Shown: positions 38,644-52,799 of the stretch, piece after piece
Numbering within the stretch: the first letter of the stretch is position 1
How the letters are laid out: each line of letters opens with the position of its first letter
Origin: Trichosphaerium sp. ATCC 40318
Taxonomy: Eukaryota; Protista; Tubulinea
Length of the DNA: 64,000 bases
Reading direction: 5' to 3'
Assembly (NCBI GenBank): GCA_038496445.1
Contig: JALMLS010000207.1
Coordinates: 1 to 64,000 of the forward strand
Made by a program: the position numbers and the translations under genes
Notes under the pieces: model-generated
Databases searched by the model: none
What the model was told of the DNA's origin: nothing
The model's input: only the letters and a program-made list of their open reading frames with translations

Positions 38644-41600
38644 TTAGATCCCTCCTTCGATCTGATTAATAACCTTGTTTATGTCATCAAAACCATGAAC
38701 ACTTCGTCTTATCTAAACAATTAATACTTGGTTAGTCTGAGTTATTTTATGTAGAGTTTTTTTTTCTTACCTCCTCAGCCATGTCGTTAAATCCTGCGCT
38801 TTTTGCAAGTTCGTAACGCAAAAAGTCGTCTTCTAGAAACCACAAAAATGACTCCATATTCTGAACAACATGAGGTCTCGAGTCCCTCGATGACAAATAC
38901 TATTTTTTTCAATTTAATTAATTCGAACTTGAAAAAAAGTTTTGGTGTTGCTTACCTTCATTGTAAGTGATACAAACAGTTTCTTTGTATCTTCAATTAT
39001 CCCTGAAGATAACATTTTCTCATAATACTTGATATTAGCGGACAGTATAACTTGTCTATAAATCGTCCTAAAGCAGTATGATTATGAGAAAAAAAATACT
39101 TTTATAGTAGCCACGTGCTTAACCCAACAATCTGATGTATTGATATTGAACGCTTTAGCAATAATCAATGCTTCTTCAAAATCACTTGTAAGAGTCATTA
39201 TATCTTCTGCTTCGCCTTTAGACACATTTATAATCTTTCTATCATCGATGTGGTCAATTTGCAACTCAACAAGCAATGCCTAGGCTAATGTAAACAAAAG
39301 AAGATGTAAACTAAAAAAACAGCTTTGAAGACTTTTCTATCATCGCAACATACCATGTACATGCAATGTTCTGAGTGTTCACCACAACTAGCTTGATTAT
39401 AATAACGTGCTGCTTCAGTTAATGTCTCCATGCATTTTGTTAAGACACCTATAATATCTCTAATTTTTGCTTGGTTCGTAGTCATCCAGTTTATTGGAAT
39501 ATTTTCAGAAGCACTTTTAATCCTTGTTATGGCACTCCTGTATTAATGGTTATATCTCTTGTATAAATGTTGCTTGATTGCTATAGTACCTTCTTAAACT
39601 CTCTGCATAGTCCCTTTGAGAAAGTAAGTTGCTTTACAAAAAAGATGGTTGCCTAAAATAGCTTACCTGTGCATCCCATATTTAAAGTAAAGAATACGCA
39701 ATTTTCGCTTGTGGTCTGGGTAATTAACCTTTAAAAAGTCTTTAAGAACACGCCCAAGTACTCTGCGATCATCGGGATCTTTAGGTATAAAGGAATCTTT
39801 TGACAATAACTGGAACTTGTTGTGTCTTGGTAAAGTTAAGGTTATTGTAACAAAAAAACTGTTGTCAATTCACGGAAAGGATACTCAACTAGAAGCCTTA
39901 GAATATACTCTAAAACATCAAACTCCTTCGTTTCTACAAAGATGTGCGCTGCAAGATCCCAGTATTCTTTTTCTTCGTACATCTATTTCATAGTCAGAAA
40001 AAAAGAAGAAAACGTTTCTTCAGCTCAATTTCTTCTTAGTAAAATTACGTACCCTCACTCTGTCAGCAATGATACCAAGTATAGTTTCCCTTCCTTCATT
40101 TGACGATGCCCACAAGAAACAGTCAAGGGCTCTAAAGAGCAAGGTGTGTTAATTTTTCGGTTTTCCGTCTATTTTACATAAAAAAGCCTGACTACCTCAC
40201 TATTGCTTCAGCTTCTCCTGAAATTGCTGACGGATCTTTACTTCTACGCATAAGCTTGGAAACTAACGAGTTACCAATCACTTCAGAATCCTAAAAATAA
40301 GGTTATCAACAAACCAATCTTTCTGACAGAGTCAGTAATACTTGCGTTTATTATTTGTGTAAACGCGTTCCATGTTGCACTTGTCCATACTGGCCTATAT
40401 TCTACCCGGTCCATATCTGTCAGAATTTCTTCTTCTAGCCTTTCAGAAGTTTCAGAAGCTCGTTTATCACCATTAGCTTTTAGCTATCAAAAGGTTACGC
40501 TGACTGTTACTAACGAACTGCTTTACCTTTGGATTGGTGACAACACGAATATGTCCATTTCCTGGACTTGTTTCTTCAGCCGTTACTTGAGCCATAGGGT
40601 ATGGGTCATGTTTTACACGAGTCATTTGAGCAAAAGCGAAATCAGCAAGGATTACACCAACTTGCTCTGCGTTCAGCCTCTTCATTATAACGAATTGACG
40701 TATAGTATCGTAATTTTGAGGTCCGGATTGAAGCGCAGCGTGTAATACAACATATGGGTCTATACTAAGGACGGAAACGCTTCCAAGGCTTGGCGGAAGT
40801 ATCTGCGCGATCTAAAGACAAAGTTTTAAAAAACTACTTGGGTTGATGATTCTTACTTTATATTGTGCTAGAACGCTCTGGCAAGCTGGTTGAACTGTCA
40901 GTGTGCAAGCTCCTGATAATTTTTTCAGTGTTGCATCTGCACCAAGAGTTACGAAATCAACTGGTTCTTCAAATAACTTCAAGAGAGTTCTATTAAGTTC
41001 TGTAACCAGCTTAATTAGTACAGTTTTTCTTGGTTGTTTTGACCTTACCTTTTAGTTTATATTTGCCTGTGGCAATACAATTCATGGTTTTAATGATGAT
41101 CATATTTCTGTTGGTTGTGTTAAACGACTTGCCTATCAAGGTTAAGAAATAAGAAAAATTAAGAAACAGTTCCCATAGTGTGCATTGTCGTACTCAATGA
41201 CATGGCCATCATTATATCTCTTCGTCTCAATAGAGTATCTAATGCAATATCTAATATTCCATTTCGGTCCAAATTCTTTTTTGTTCGTTTGATGTCATCA
41301 AGAAGCTTGTAAAATTGAATTTCAACTGATATTTCATCAAGCTCTTCGTCTGTTACCCAAGCGCCACTATCGTTGAGAGGCCACTGTCCAACAGCCTCAT
41401 TATGCTTCCCTAAAGAGATTTAGATAAGATAAACAAATGTGGTTGGTTTGAGTTCACCTGAAAGCCATTCTTTGGCGTTCGTTAGGCTTTGGATATTTTC
41501 AAGTGGATTCATCTCGCTTTGGTATTGATGCGACATTTTTGAAGCTGACAAGAAGAATGTGCCTACTTCTTCCGGATTTGTTCGATATTTTTCAAACAGA

Positions 41601-44600
41601 TTACTCAAAGCTTTCCACAAGAGCTACACAAAATATTGTTAGTACACAGTAAGCTGTAAAAAGATGTGCGAGTTTCAAACAAAAAAAAACTTAAAAAGAA
41701 TGTACGTTTTTGTTTTTACTAAGTTTCCATCTTTCCATTATTCCTTCAGCTTGTGATATTGTTATTTTATCAACACTCATACCACATTCTTCAGCAAACT
41801 CTCTTGCTTCATCGAAATGTTCTATTGAAGAGAGTTAACGCAACATATTGGAAACAAGGTACCAGTTTGGAGTAAGTAGTTAATGACAACACTATTCGGT
41901 GTTACATCGCCTGAACCCTCTACAAAGTAATATGTATCTGTCTTCCTTGCCAATACAGAGAGATTGAGCATTGGTTTATACATATCCACAAAATCAAAAG
42001 AGCGAACAAGGAACTCCAAAAAAGGTATTCTTTTGTGACGCTTAACTCTGTTGCTAAGGTATGTTTTGAACATTTTATTGCAGCAAGTGATAGTCCAAGC
42101 TATTTTCGATGTTAATTAAACAGATGTCACGTATTAACACCTACCTGATGGGAACAAGTCACATTTTTGAGATGAAATTAATGTCCTGCAAAGAGCAAGG
42201 GATTCACTACTTTGCTGTCGACGATCAATATCGAAGTAATGCAAAAACATCAGAGCGTGAGTTATTGCACTATTGGGTTCAAAGACGTCAATACAACCCT
42301 ATAATTTGAATTATCATCAAGAAAATATGGTGCACTGTATAGATAGGTAATTGCCATACCTTAGCTGCAAGGAAAGCGCCATGCTCAGTGGCTAAACAAA
42401 GTAAATGTTCGAGTTTGTCCTTCAGGTCATTTTCCGTTTGTTCTTTAGGAGCGTTTGTAGAAGGTACTTTCAACCATAACCAATCCACTAGTACACATAA
42501 CTTGATGTTTTTAATGGTTTCTTTGGTAATGGAAGAAAGCATAAGCACAGGATTACATAAAGAGAAACCCAAATCAAGCAATTTTTTGCCACTAAACATT
42601 CAAAGTTAAACTATGTAATATTGGAACACAAGACAAATATCAATTACCTGTCGTCATTACTGATAGATATCACTTTCTTGCATGTGTTTATGAAATCATT
42701 ATCTGGCATAACAAGAGGTTCATGAAACAAGGCATATTCAAGGTGATCCCTTGTAATACGTTAAGCCAAACGAACTTTTGAAAGGTAAATTTCGAGGTTT
42801 TCAGTACCTTGACGGTCCATAAGGAAGAGATGATAGTAACGTATTGATCTGCTCAGTATTGGGCTGTATAGGTACCAAGATTTTCGAGAATTTTAGCCAA
42901 CTATGTTGCTCCTCATTTAAGCTTTTTGTCAAGTCATCTGAACTCTTCAAAAAATAAAATGAGAACATGTATTGCAATACATCGAATCCTGTAGACTCAT
43001 CACAAGTGTCACATAACACTCGATAAATCTTTTTGTATTTTTGTTCTTTAAAATCCTCTAGCAGGCCTTGAAGCGTATCTTCCTTGTCCCTATTAATGCA
43101 TTAGTACACAGTAAAGAGTTGAGAGTTTTTCTGAGTACGTCTTTGATTGAAGCACTGTTTTTATAACTGAAAGTGCAACTCTTGTCTTTAGAACGTCTAC
43201 GCCACATAGCTCATAGAATAATATAAAGCTTGATGTCTTTACTGGGTTAAGTACACATGAAAGAACACGCATCATGTCTACATTCATACCAGTAGAGACC
43301 GACTTCCAATCATCTTGAAAAATCAAAATTAATAAATTTAGAGGCATATTTAAGCGTACTTGAGTACATTAGATTGGAAACAGCCTGAAGAGGCTGTCCA
43401 CTTTCTACAAAGTAGAATAAGTCAGACTCTAATTTGTGACGATATTCATCAAGTATAGGACAGGAAATGGATGTATCATCGGCTTCTATTAGTGAAAAGA
43501 GATCATTGGTGTTAAAATCTGCGTTTGTTTCTATGATGTTTTTGAACTTCGTTGGCTTTTTGTCACCTATAGTCGACTCAAACTCGGAACCCCAGTAATC
43601 TTTCTTTTCTAAAGCTCTAGATGGCATGTGTCCGGTTAAATAAGGGTATTTATCAGCAAGCGATTCAACAACTTGCGGATCCCAGTCTAAATCTCGAATA
43701 TCAGTAACAACGAAAGAAAGCTATAAGGTAGTATACCTTTGGTTGTTTTTCCTAGGTATATTAACATTCCGAATGCCGCTCCAGGGCACCTCTTGTACAG
43801 CACACGAATACTCTGTTCCTCTGAAATACCATTGAATACATTTTGCGTATGTTCTTTAAGAATTGCGCCGACATCTCCTTTAAAAGATATCAGAAGTCAT
43901 GGTAAAGATTATATTTACCTGATGTGCTGTGAAGTGTCATCCGTGCTGAAGGCGTCCACTCAATGTCACCAGAAGATAACAAATCGACCTTGACTTTCTG
44001 TAAACCCCATTGGCTCATATAACTCTTTAAAAGATCGGTTTGATTACTCTTTATCAAGGTATCAATAACTCGGCTATGGAAAGATGATACACTTCCAAAT
44101 GGCATAAGATTTTTGAGTTTCTGAGAAACATCTACGTTTTTAAGAGGTAACATTGTTTGTGACAGCATGAGTCTTCTTGTTATATCCTCAAAAGTTTCTT
44201 CCACAAATATACCATCACGTGCAAGTTTATTGAGAATTTCATGGCGCATGGGACCCTAAAAAGAACAAAAAATGTCAGTACCGTAATTTTGACACATTGT
44301 TTTAAGAATAAAATGAGAATGTCAAACTCAGAATTGAAAACTTTTTTTTTTGCGTACAATGCATAACTCCTTGTGCTTTCGTAGTGCTGATATTATATCT
44401 GTTTCATTTTTACTATTATTATCATTCCCATTAGATAATATACTATCGTCAATGGCATCTGAAATTGAGTCAATGTCGTTATGTCTCAGCCAATAAAACA
44501 CTTTATTACAAGCGTTGATGTCTTTCTACAGAAAAATCAGTCAAAATCCACTTTGTATTACTACAACCTAATTGTATAAAAGCTACCGTAAATGGCTGTG

Positions 44601-47600
44601 AAAAGAAATTTTGTCGTACATATTGATTGTCAAATAAGACACAATCACGAGTTTTTTGGTCCCATTCTTTCAGCCACTCTAACCTAAAGCAAGCATATCC
44701 TTTACCATCTGATTTCTTAGGCGATTCCATAGGAAGATGGATAGAATCTAGAGCCACTATTCCACAGTTAACTAACAAACTGCACAAAGCAAATCGCGCA
44801 CAAAATGTATCTGATTTTTCAAATGAAAACCCATGCTTCGTTGAACTCTTTGGTGGAACATCTTTGAATTCTGCAGCCAGAAAGCTTAAAGGATGGGCAT
44901 CAATATCTTCACACTTAGGTCGCTTTTTGGATTCCACTTCATAGCTTGAGTTGGCGTACACCTCAGATAACAGCCCACCAAATTCTACGAAAAGGATTAA
45001 TTTTACTTCATTGACAACGTTACCTTTGTGTGTCTGCTCGTGAGTCAATAACTTTTCTTCTGATATTCGCGATTCTATAGCCGATCTGATGTCACGTCTG
45101 TGAGTGAACCAATATACCTCTGCTAAATGATCTATTGGATCTTCACCAATGCTTAGAAGTATTCGTTCAGCGGACTTAAAGTCATGTTCGCACAGCTAAA
45201 AATTATTATTGTAAGTAATTAGAAATTAGATCAGTTCTACCTTCTGATATACAATAGGGTAGTACTGAGATTTTAATGAATCTAAGGACAACCCTCCTTT
45301 GTTTTGTTCACATAAAAATTGATGGAGAAGAGGGATTTTTGATTCAGAAATAGCCATCGAAAGTAAACTAGACATTGTCGCTGTAGACCAAGATTTTGGT
45401 ATTGGAGCGATATGTCGATTTTCAGTGATTACTTCTGTAATGCTAGTTTCTTTGCGTATACGTAAAGAGCTTGGTGAAGGATCTTCAGGTGTAGAGAACT
45501 TCGCTAGACCATGTAAAATTTCCAACTTTTTGCAAAGTTGTTGTATTTGCGGCGACTGAGCATCAAAACTATTAGAGTCGATGTTCGATATCACCAATCT
45601 CAAAAATCCATTCGACGCTGTGAATAATAATTAATGACTGTATATCTTTTAAACACTACGTGATTAGATTACTCACCAGCATGTAAAAGTTCGTTCCAAA
45701 TAAATTCTAAAAATACATTCGAATGTCTTTCGTCTTTATGTTTATGAATAAACACCATGTACTTATCCAAGTATGTTTCAAGAGTACTTAATAATACTTG
45801 AGTATACATATATAATAACTAGAATCTAAGGTACATACCTTAAATCATCAATTGCATCAAAACATGAATTGATTGTATCAACTTGAAGACTTCTAACTTG
45901 ACATTACTCACTTTCCATTTTATTACTTACGCACTCTCTCGATCTCTCAAATATCCCATCACGTTCTTTAACGAAATCCCATTCATTATCCGTTGCAATT
46001 CCTTTTAAAGCGGAGACACCATATAAGCTAACAATAAATTCATTTTCATCAGTTTGAAGAATAAAATTAACTTACCTTGCGTATATATCCTTTACTGCAT
46101 TCAACCCTTTAACATAACTAGTGATTGAGTGTAGTCCCTTTGCACTCCAGAATATAGGATAGGTATCCATGAAATGCAAGAATAAGCTTCCGCCAAGCTC
46201 AATATCGACAGTTCCCTTCAATCTGTTAAACAAAAAAAAAAAAAACTTAAAGCATTTACTGCACCTGTAACACCGATGCTTTCTTCAAAGTTGTTAAATT
46301 AGTCAAAAATGCACATCCCAAACCGCCTGAGATAACATCAACACTCATATCAAGCTCTTCAGATGATTTTATTGTCCATATAGTTCGCTCTGGTAGAATA
46401 GTTCCGTGCTTGTTAAACCCGTTTATTGTCCACTTGTTTCGTGCACCTCGACGTTTTCCCAAAGACCAAAACTGATCGGTGTCGTCAATTTCATTGCTAT
46501 TATTAGTACCTCCATTATTAAAAAGGTCACCAATACCACTTCCGATAGTTGTTTTATGTTCTCTTTTTCCTACCTATTTTTTCAAAAAATTCAGTTGAGG
46601 TTTTTTTCAGTCACGTGGGCCGGGTAACTGTACCTGTAGTGCTTTTGGTTTCTTTATAATTGTGTAAAGGTTTTGGTTGGATAGTATATAAATTATGTTA
46701 TCCTCAAGAGATACCGTCATACGAGGTGGCTCATCGCCTTTGATCAAATTTAGTATTCAAAAAAGTTTCTCCGTAAATTTTGCACCTTCCAGATTTATGT
46801 TCAGGCTTGTTTCATGTTTCTTGTGACATGATTCGATATCGTATACTTCTTTTAGCGGTTAAGTAATTATACGAAAGAATTGATGAAAGCTATAGGGTAC
46901 ACAAAGGATACGAAGAAGACCGCTTTTGTAAACAGCAAAAACTTCTTTCTCACAAACAGCCATTGTACACGGTTTACCTTCCTTTCCATGTCTTAGGTTT
47001 ATATATCTCGAGAATATAAGACCAACATTCGATAGTGTAATAACAGCAACACCAGTTTTGTTAACACAAAGGTAAATCTCATCTTTTCTATTACCCTTCA
47101 TGTACGAAAGAGATGTTATGTCAGCTTCTATAATAAACTTAAGAAACAAGATATCAAATGCTAGTACTTACCTCCTGTGACCCCACGAATAAATTCACGT
47201 AACCTGTCACTATCTATAACATGGTGTTCATCTCCGTCAGTATCTACTAAGATGAGTAACGCCCGAATAATTAGTCTCTATTAAAACTAACCTTGGAACT
47301 TTAACAACAAGTATGGGAGTTGCTTTCTATTCACTACTAGCTTCCTTCCTGTTCAAATAGGCTGAGTTATAATAACGATATTCAATCTATACATTGACAC
47401 TTTACCTTTGATAGTATAGGTACGCTCGAGTATATAAAAGTGCAGTTGTTGATCAACATCGAAAGATACTAAAATAATACCAATTTTCTGGGTATGTATA
47501 AAAGCATACGACGTCACGTGAGATATACTGACTTTCTTACGTAGCTTAGAAGTGTCGTTGGGCTAAAACAAACATCATGTAAGCACAAGAAGTAAACGGC

Positions 47601-48027
47601 AACGCGATTGTAGAGTGCTAGAACGAATTTTTGGATGCAAGCAAAAACCGTGCGGCACTAAAATTTTAAATCATAGGCTTTAATTTCACCAGTATTTAGC
47701 GCCACCATACACGATACGTGTTTTTCAAAAAATGTCGAAAAGTTGAAAAGAAAAGTTTTCAAGTCTGTAAATCCTTGTGGTTGTGCTTTCGGCGTCGAAA
47801 AGATGATTTAAGGTACTGTACTTGCCAAGGTCTGTAGTTCAAACGCGTGAAGCGAATTGTCTTTTTTCTGAAGCGCTATAAACTTGAAAGCGTGCGAAAC
47901 AGCTCCACTTATAACACCTCGAAGCTTTTTTGGTTTATCCCACCTTGTCAAGTACACCTATTACAACATGAGCTGATTGTACCTAATATAATTGTATTAC
48001 ATGTCCTGCAGAGCCACGCTCTGACAT
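38644..48027 (-). CDS. SPG11: Spatacsin (AP-5-associated SPG11 homologue), very large multi-exon gene
   Basis: The C-terminal LTEAARYYNQA..C, LVELQI, FEEALIIAKAF, YRQVILSANI and NMESFLWFLEDDFLRYELAKSAGF follow the order of the spatacsin C-terminal domain. Gene size also fits. Confidence 0.8.
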
Positions 48028-48211
48028 TGAGCGTTGGTGTCGCTTGTGGCGTGAAAAATAACCGTTGAAGTCAATAGACTAATGTGACGCCATTCAATAA
48101 CCTCATTCACGTTTACAGTGGGTATCAACGACGCACCGCAAAAACTACCACAGAATTTAACATTTTACAATTGCGCTACTTTGACTGAAGCAAACTGCCC
48201 AAAAAACCACA

Positions 48212-48865
48212 ATGTCCGACGATGGAGGCACAGACGTGCTATTTGCGGGTACACCAAGGTAACGTTAGATTTACAAGATAGTTTTCAATTGTACTGATAA
48301 TTGCTTGTTTAGCTGTTGTGTCGCTTGTCCATCGTATTGTGCAGGTACAAAATGGGTCATAACCACTAAGTACATAGAATATGAGTATGGTACTAATATC
48401 ACCCTAAAACGACCATAGATGGTTGCTAAACACGCACTAGGGATTTGTTGTAAATCAGTACATAACTTAAACCTTATTCGCGTGCAGGTACATTGTAACG
48501 TGTTGTAAATAGCCGTTAATGGCGCCCTAGGATGTTCAATACAATGTACGATGGTGTTGGCAATAATCATGAAAATAATTTTGACATCCTTTAGTCCAGC
48601 TGTTGTTGTTGCTGCAGTTGTGGTAATATTACAGTATGGAGGTACGTTAAAATGTCATCACACAACATCGTGCTAGTATATTTTTCTGACACATAGTAGT
48701 ACCGATGCCTCTCATAGCACTCTGGAAATAACCGGTACGTCTATTCACCTCGAACTAAAATTCTCAAAAGCCACAGGTATTAAGAATGCAAAAGCAGTAT
48801 ACCAAGGATTGCGTGACGCCATTCTGGCGTTGCAAGCAAACGCACATCTAGAGCTAGAAATTTGA
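48212..48865 (+). CDS. Small Cys-rich protein with bacterial-type PH (bPH_2-like) domain
   Basis: Spliced NLIRVQDVQY..SSCCCCCSCGNITVWSTDASHSTLEITGIKNAKAVYQGLRDAI. Confidence 0.6.
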
Positions 48866-49075
48866 TTTTTTGTACAAAAACAGAAAAAAGAAACAAAGAT
48901 GACGAGATTAATAGCGACTAATGTCGCTTATTATAGTGATTTTAATACTCACAAAAATACTGTCATTACGTATATGTACAGTAAATTGTAAATAGACGGT
49001 CTTGGGCCTTTTTTTAGACAACATGACTTAAAACAGTTTTTGTTAAGCTAAACACACCAGTACAACATCAAGAAA

Positions 49076-49432
49076 ATGGCAAAAGTGCCAACACTGGAAG
49101 ATTTAGTCGGGGACATTGGAGAAAATGAGTTGAAGGAGAGGTTTCAGCATTTTGACGCCGAAGAAAAAGGTCACTTTACACCTGATGAAGCTACAGATGT
49201 ACTGTTTGTTGTGGCTGTGCCTTTTGACGTGTTCTAGACCTTTTTGGAGATGGGCGTAAGCTCTGATATCGCCAAAGAACTTACAAAACAATTCTTTGAT
49301 AGATTTGACGCTGATAATGACGTACGCGGTTAGTATAACGTTCTTGAAATAACACTCTGACAGGGTGAACTAACATACGCTGAATTTCTTGTTGCTATCA
49401 AAACGCTCTCAAAGAATAAACCAACGAAGTAA
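49076..49432 (+). CDS. Small two-EF-hand calcium-binding protein
   Basis: FQHFDAEEKGHFTPDE and FDRFDADNDGELTYAEF loops after removing two introns. Confidence 0.8.
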
Positions 49433-49500
49433 AAATCAAATAAAACCGTTTTAATACACTACGAATTACATTTTAACTTTCTCACATTCCTAAACCCCTT

Positions 49501-50219
49501 ATGATACTACCGACGCGTATGCGCGCACGTATTGAGACGTTAAAACCGGTTATGGGTCTGCTAAAGGGTAAACCCCACAAAGTCAAATTTTTTTCAATGA
49601 AAGCAATGAAAAGTAGACGTAAGAATGATGGCAGAGCTCTGGAAGCGCGTGTAGCCGCCATATATAGGCGTTATGGCAACAGAGTAGCTACCAACGTCAT
49701 AATTAAAGACAGACATGGCAATATATCTGAGATAGACGTTGTGGTTGGTCGTTTTTTCAAACGGTATATTGAGTGTAAGGACTACAGAAGTATTCCAGTG
49801 CCACTAAAGGAAGTGGCTAAGTTTAAAACCGTATTGCAGCTAAATAATATATTCCTTTGGCAGTACGCTATTCCATACTATTTACAAGCTTATGACAGTA
49901 TTTAAGAGGACTATTTATTACAACTGGAACGTACTCACCTCGCGCCACTAAAATAGGTATTAATACACGCTCTGGCGCGCAACTAAAGCGAATGCAGATG
50001 CTTTCATACGTTTTAGGACCTATTGTACGCGTCACCAAGGTATACAGGTTAAACGATTACACAACAAACTAAAACACTGTTATTTAGCTTCTACCATTGG
50101 CCTTCACTATCTATGCTGGCTTTCAACTGTATAATATGACACCCAGAGCCCGTACACGCCTGTACAAGAAAACATTGCATGATGGCAAAAAGTTTTTGCG
50201 GAAATACAACATAATTTGA
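49501..50219 (+). CDS. Mrr-like PD-(D/E)XK restriction endonuclease-domain protein with hydrophobic C-terminal segment
   Basis: GRALEARVAAIY..EIDVVV..YIECKDY..V..F; splicing adds GLFITTGTYSPRA..SGAQL. Two introns. The start codon is uncertain (49501-49606). Confidence 0.8.
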
Positions 50220-50281
50220 CACCTTTGGCACGTGCTTTCAAGTACTTAATTTCTTAGTATATAAACATTGTTTTTTTGGTT

Positions 50282-51500
50282 CTACAAGAATGAACTCACA
50301 GTGTTTACAGCTAGATGTGTGAATATATGTTCTCTTTCTTCATATAATTTTAAAAATTGAGTTCTTGTTATTCTGTCGATGAGTTCTCCAGATTTAACCG
50401 ATGGGTAGACTTGTTGGATTAATGAATGTGCCAGTTCACGTTCTAATTCATCAAATACTTCAGCCACACCTCTTCTCTATGTACAAACGTAAATAATCTA
50501 CTTACCATTTTTAAAGTCTTTTTTTTTTCTTGTACCTTGAGCACAATGAGATTTACAGTGCGCTCATGTGATTCTTCTGTCTCTTCTTCTCGTGATGTAT
50601 TTTTTACTTCCACTATTTCTTTATTTAGATACCTCTTAGTTGATGTCAAACAGTAAGATATGAATTCTCTTAGTTCGCTCTCCAGAACTATCTCTTGGTG
50701 TTTCTTGTCGATGGCATTATAACACACTTATATTATGGTCAATACGACGTTGAAATATGTTGATATAACTTACAGATTGCACGTTGTTGTGGTGTTCCTT
50801 TAGTAGTTATTGAGAAGCCACACATGAAAGTCTTTGCGAAATTCGTTTAGGGAAAGTGAACAAGTGATTTGACGAACCTGAAAGGATACCCACCCGACTT
50901 TCTTATGATCGAACATAACGAAGAGCATATCGATATTGTTACAACAAGCGTAAAGCATATTCGAACCAAGTTCATGATGTAGTGCATCATAAACGCCTGA
51001 GATCACAACATTAAATCCTTGTTTATTTAGCGGTTTAAACTGTGGATCATAGAGTTTGTACTGATCTAGAAAGATTCGATAAGATATTTACTCCGACGTC
51101 TTTTTACATACTTAAAATAAGGTACGCAGTAGCTTCATCGACTAAATTATCACGTGAGGAATAAAACTAATAAGAAGAAAACGAACTATTTTTTTGATCT
51201 TACGTTTTTTCACGTGATCAAGAACGTATTCCAACGCAAAAGCGTACTTGACAGGTTTCCTAATGTCAATTACGGCTTGTGACGCAATCAAATGGGAAAT
51301 ACCACTTACCTGTAGCGTGGAGTCATCGGAAATACTTGTAGCTCTTCTACTTTAGGTATACTGCGCTTAAAAGCAGGCGTTGTACATACTAGGCCCATCT
51401 GAAGGCTATATCAATGAAGACGCATTACCAACGCACAGGAAAGAGGTTAGGTTGGGTAAGGTGAGTTTGCAGCATATGGCGCTTGTACTTAACTATATTA
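50282..51500 (-). CDS. Hypothetical multi-exon protein with EF-hand-like segments
   Basis: DMLFVMFDHKKVGWVSFQ, CYNAIDKKHQEIVLESELREFI and ITRTQFLKLY. The 5' end is uncertain. Confidence 0.5.
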
Positions 51501-51971
51501 CTCACTACTTAATCAATCAATCTGACAGGCGTCTACATTATGCTGGACGGACCTAAACATTATTTCGTATTTCTTGTGTAGCACACTTTTTGTTGCGTGA
51601 TAGAGAAAAAAGTTGTGCGCATCTCACTTGTGAAATTTTGAGCTTTTTTGGCAAAGGTAAACGCTTTTAAAGGGCTGATTGTCATTAATCCTAAATAGTT
51701 CGAAACGATTCAACACAAAAGATAGTTGTGCTATAGAATAGTTTTGCAGAGCATTGCAAAATATGGTAGCTACAATGCTCAAAAAAGGAAACCCGTAAGT
51801 ATTTAGTACCGTTAACAGAAGTTCCATACTTGTGATGACTTCACACTACGCCTTGTACAACGTAATGGCTATGTGATAGAACCACAGCAACTTAGAGGTA
51901 CTATCAAATTAAGAAAGTAAACTTCACGCGAAAATTACGCGTTTTAATGATATTACTGTAAAACTCACTAA

Positions 51972-52799
51972 ATGCAACACAACACTCGTTTTCTCGTCGT
52001 TGCTCTATTTGCCGTAACTGTACAATGCTTTCCGTTCGATTCAATGACCGGCAACTACACTACATGGGTTACAGTTGTAGCTGTTCCAAGAGAAGTCGCT
52101 ATGGACATGGTAGAACATGGCTCTTTCTTATCGCCTAACGAATTCGAACTCAAACCTTTCGACAACCAAAAGCTTGGAATAGCCGAAGGAATGCACCCAG
52201 TCATCTTATACTACGGAAACATATCAGGGCTTGTGACACAACCTCCAATAGTCAAGATACCGGCGTATAATGAACTTGCAGTTGCTATTCCGTATATTGG
52301 ACGTATTGGTAACCCAAAAGTCATGTCTACGGCTCCAGCAATTTTCCTCACTAATCTTGAGGCTATGACGGGCGGACGCATATTCTACGGTATGCCAAAG
52401 ACAATAGAGCAAGTAGATAGAACCGATACAGCGTTTACCGTGAAGACGGCGTTGTTTCCACACACAGACATGCTTGTTGCCAAGACGATGCAAACTGGTC
52501 CATTGAGACCGTACCATGAAGTCATTAGCGGCTTCAATGCTTACGGAGACATGTTCAACTTCCAGCTCATCCAGAAAACGTTGACAGGCCAGCACTTGTG
52601 CTACTATTTTAACATTCACCTTCCAACATCCCTGGTCGCTCCAGCAAGAGTACAATCACTGTGGGCTGAACCTGTCATTGAAGGCATGGGTCCTATTGTG
52701 AATAAGGTCTACGACGTATCACCTCTCGGTACTGTACCGCTTGGTGCGTTTTTGGTTCAAACTTGGTGGCACCTATCGGAGCCACTTGACTTTTGTTAA
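51972..52799 (+). CDS. Secreted acetoacetate-decarboxylase-like (ADC fold) protein, intronless
   Basis: Signal peptide; YNELAVAIPY and AMTGGRIFYGMPK match the ADC-family Y.E...iP and GR...G.PK motifs. Confidence 0.7.
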   Translation: MQHNTRFLVVALFAVTVQCFPFDSMTGNYTTWVTVVAVPREVAMDMVEHGSFLSPNEFELKPFDNQKLGIAEGMHPVILYYGNISGLVTQPPIVKIPAYNELAVAIPYIGRIGNPKVMSTAPAIFLTNLEAMTGGRIFYGMPKTIEQVDRTDTAFTVKTALFPHTDMLVAKTMQTGPLRPYHEVISGFNAYGDMFNFQLIQKTLTGQHLCYYFNIHLPTSLVAPARVQSLWAEPVIEGMGPIVNKVYDVSPLGTVPLGAFLVQTWWHLSEPLDFC

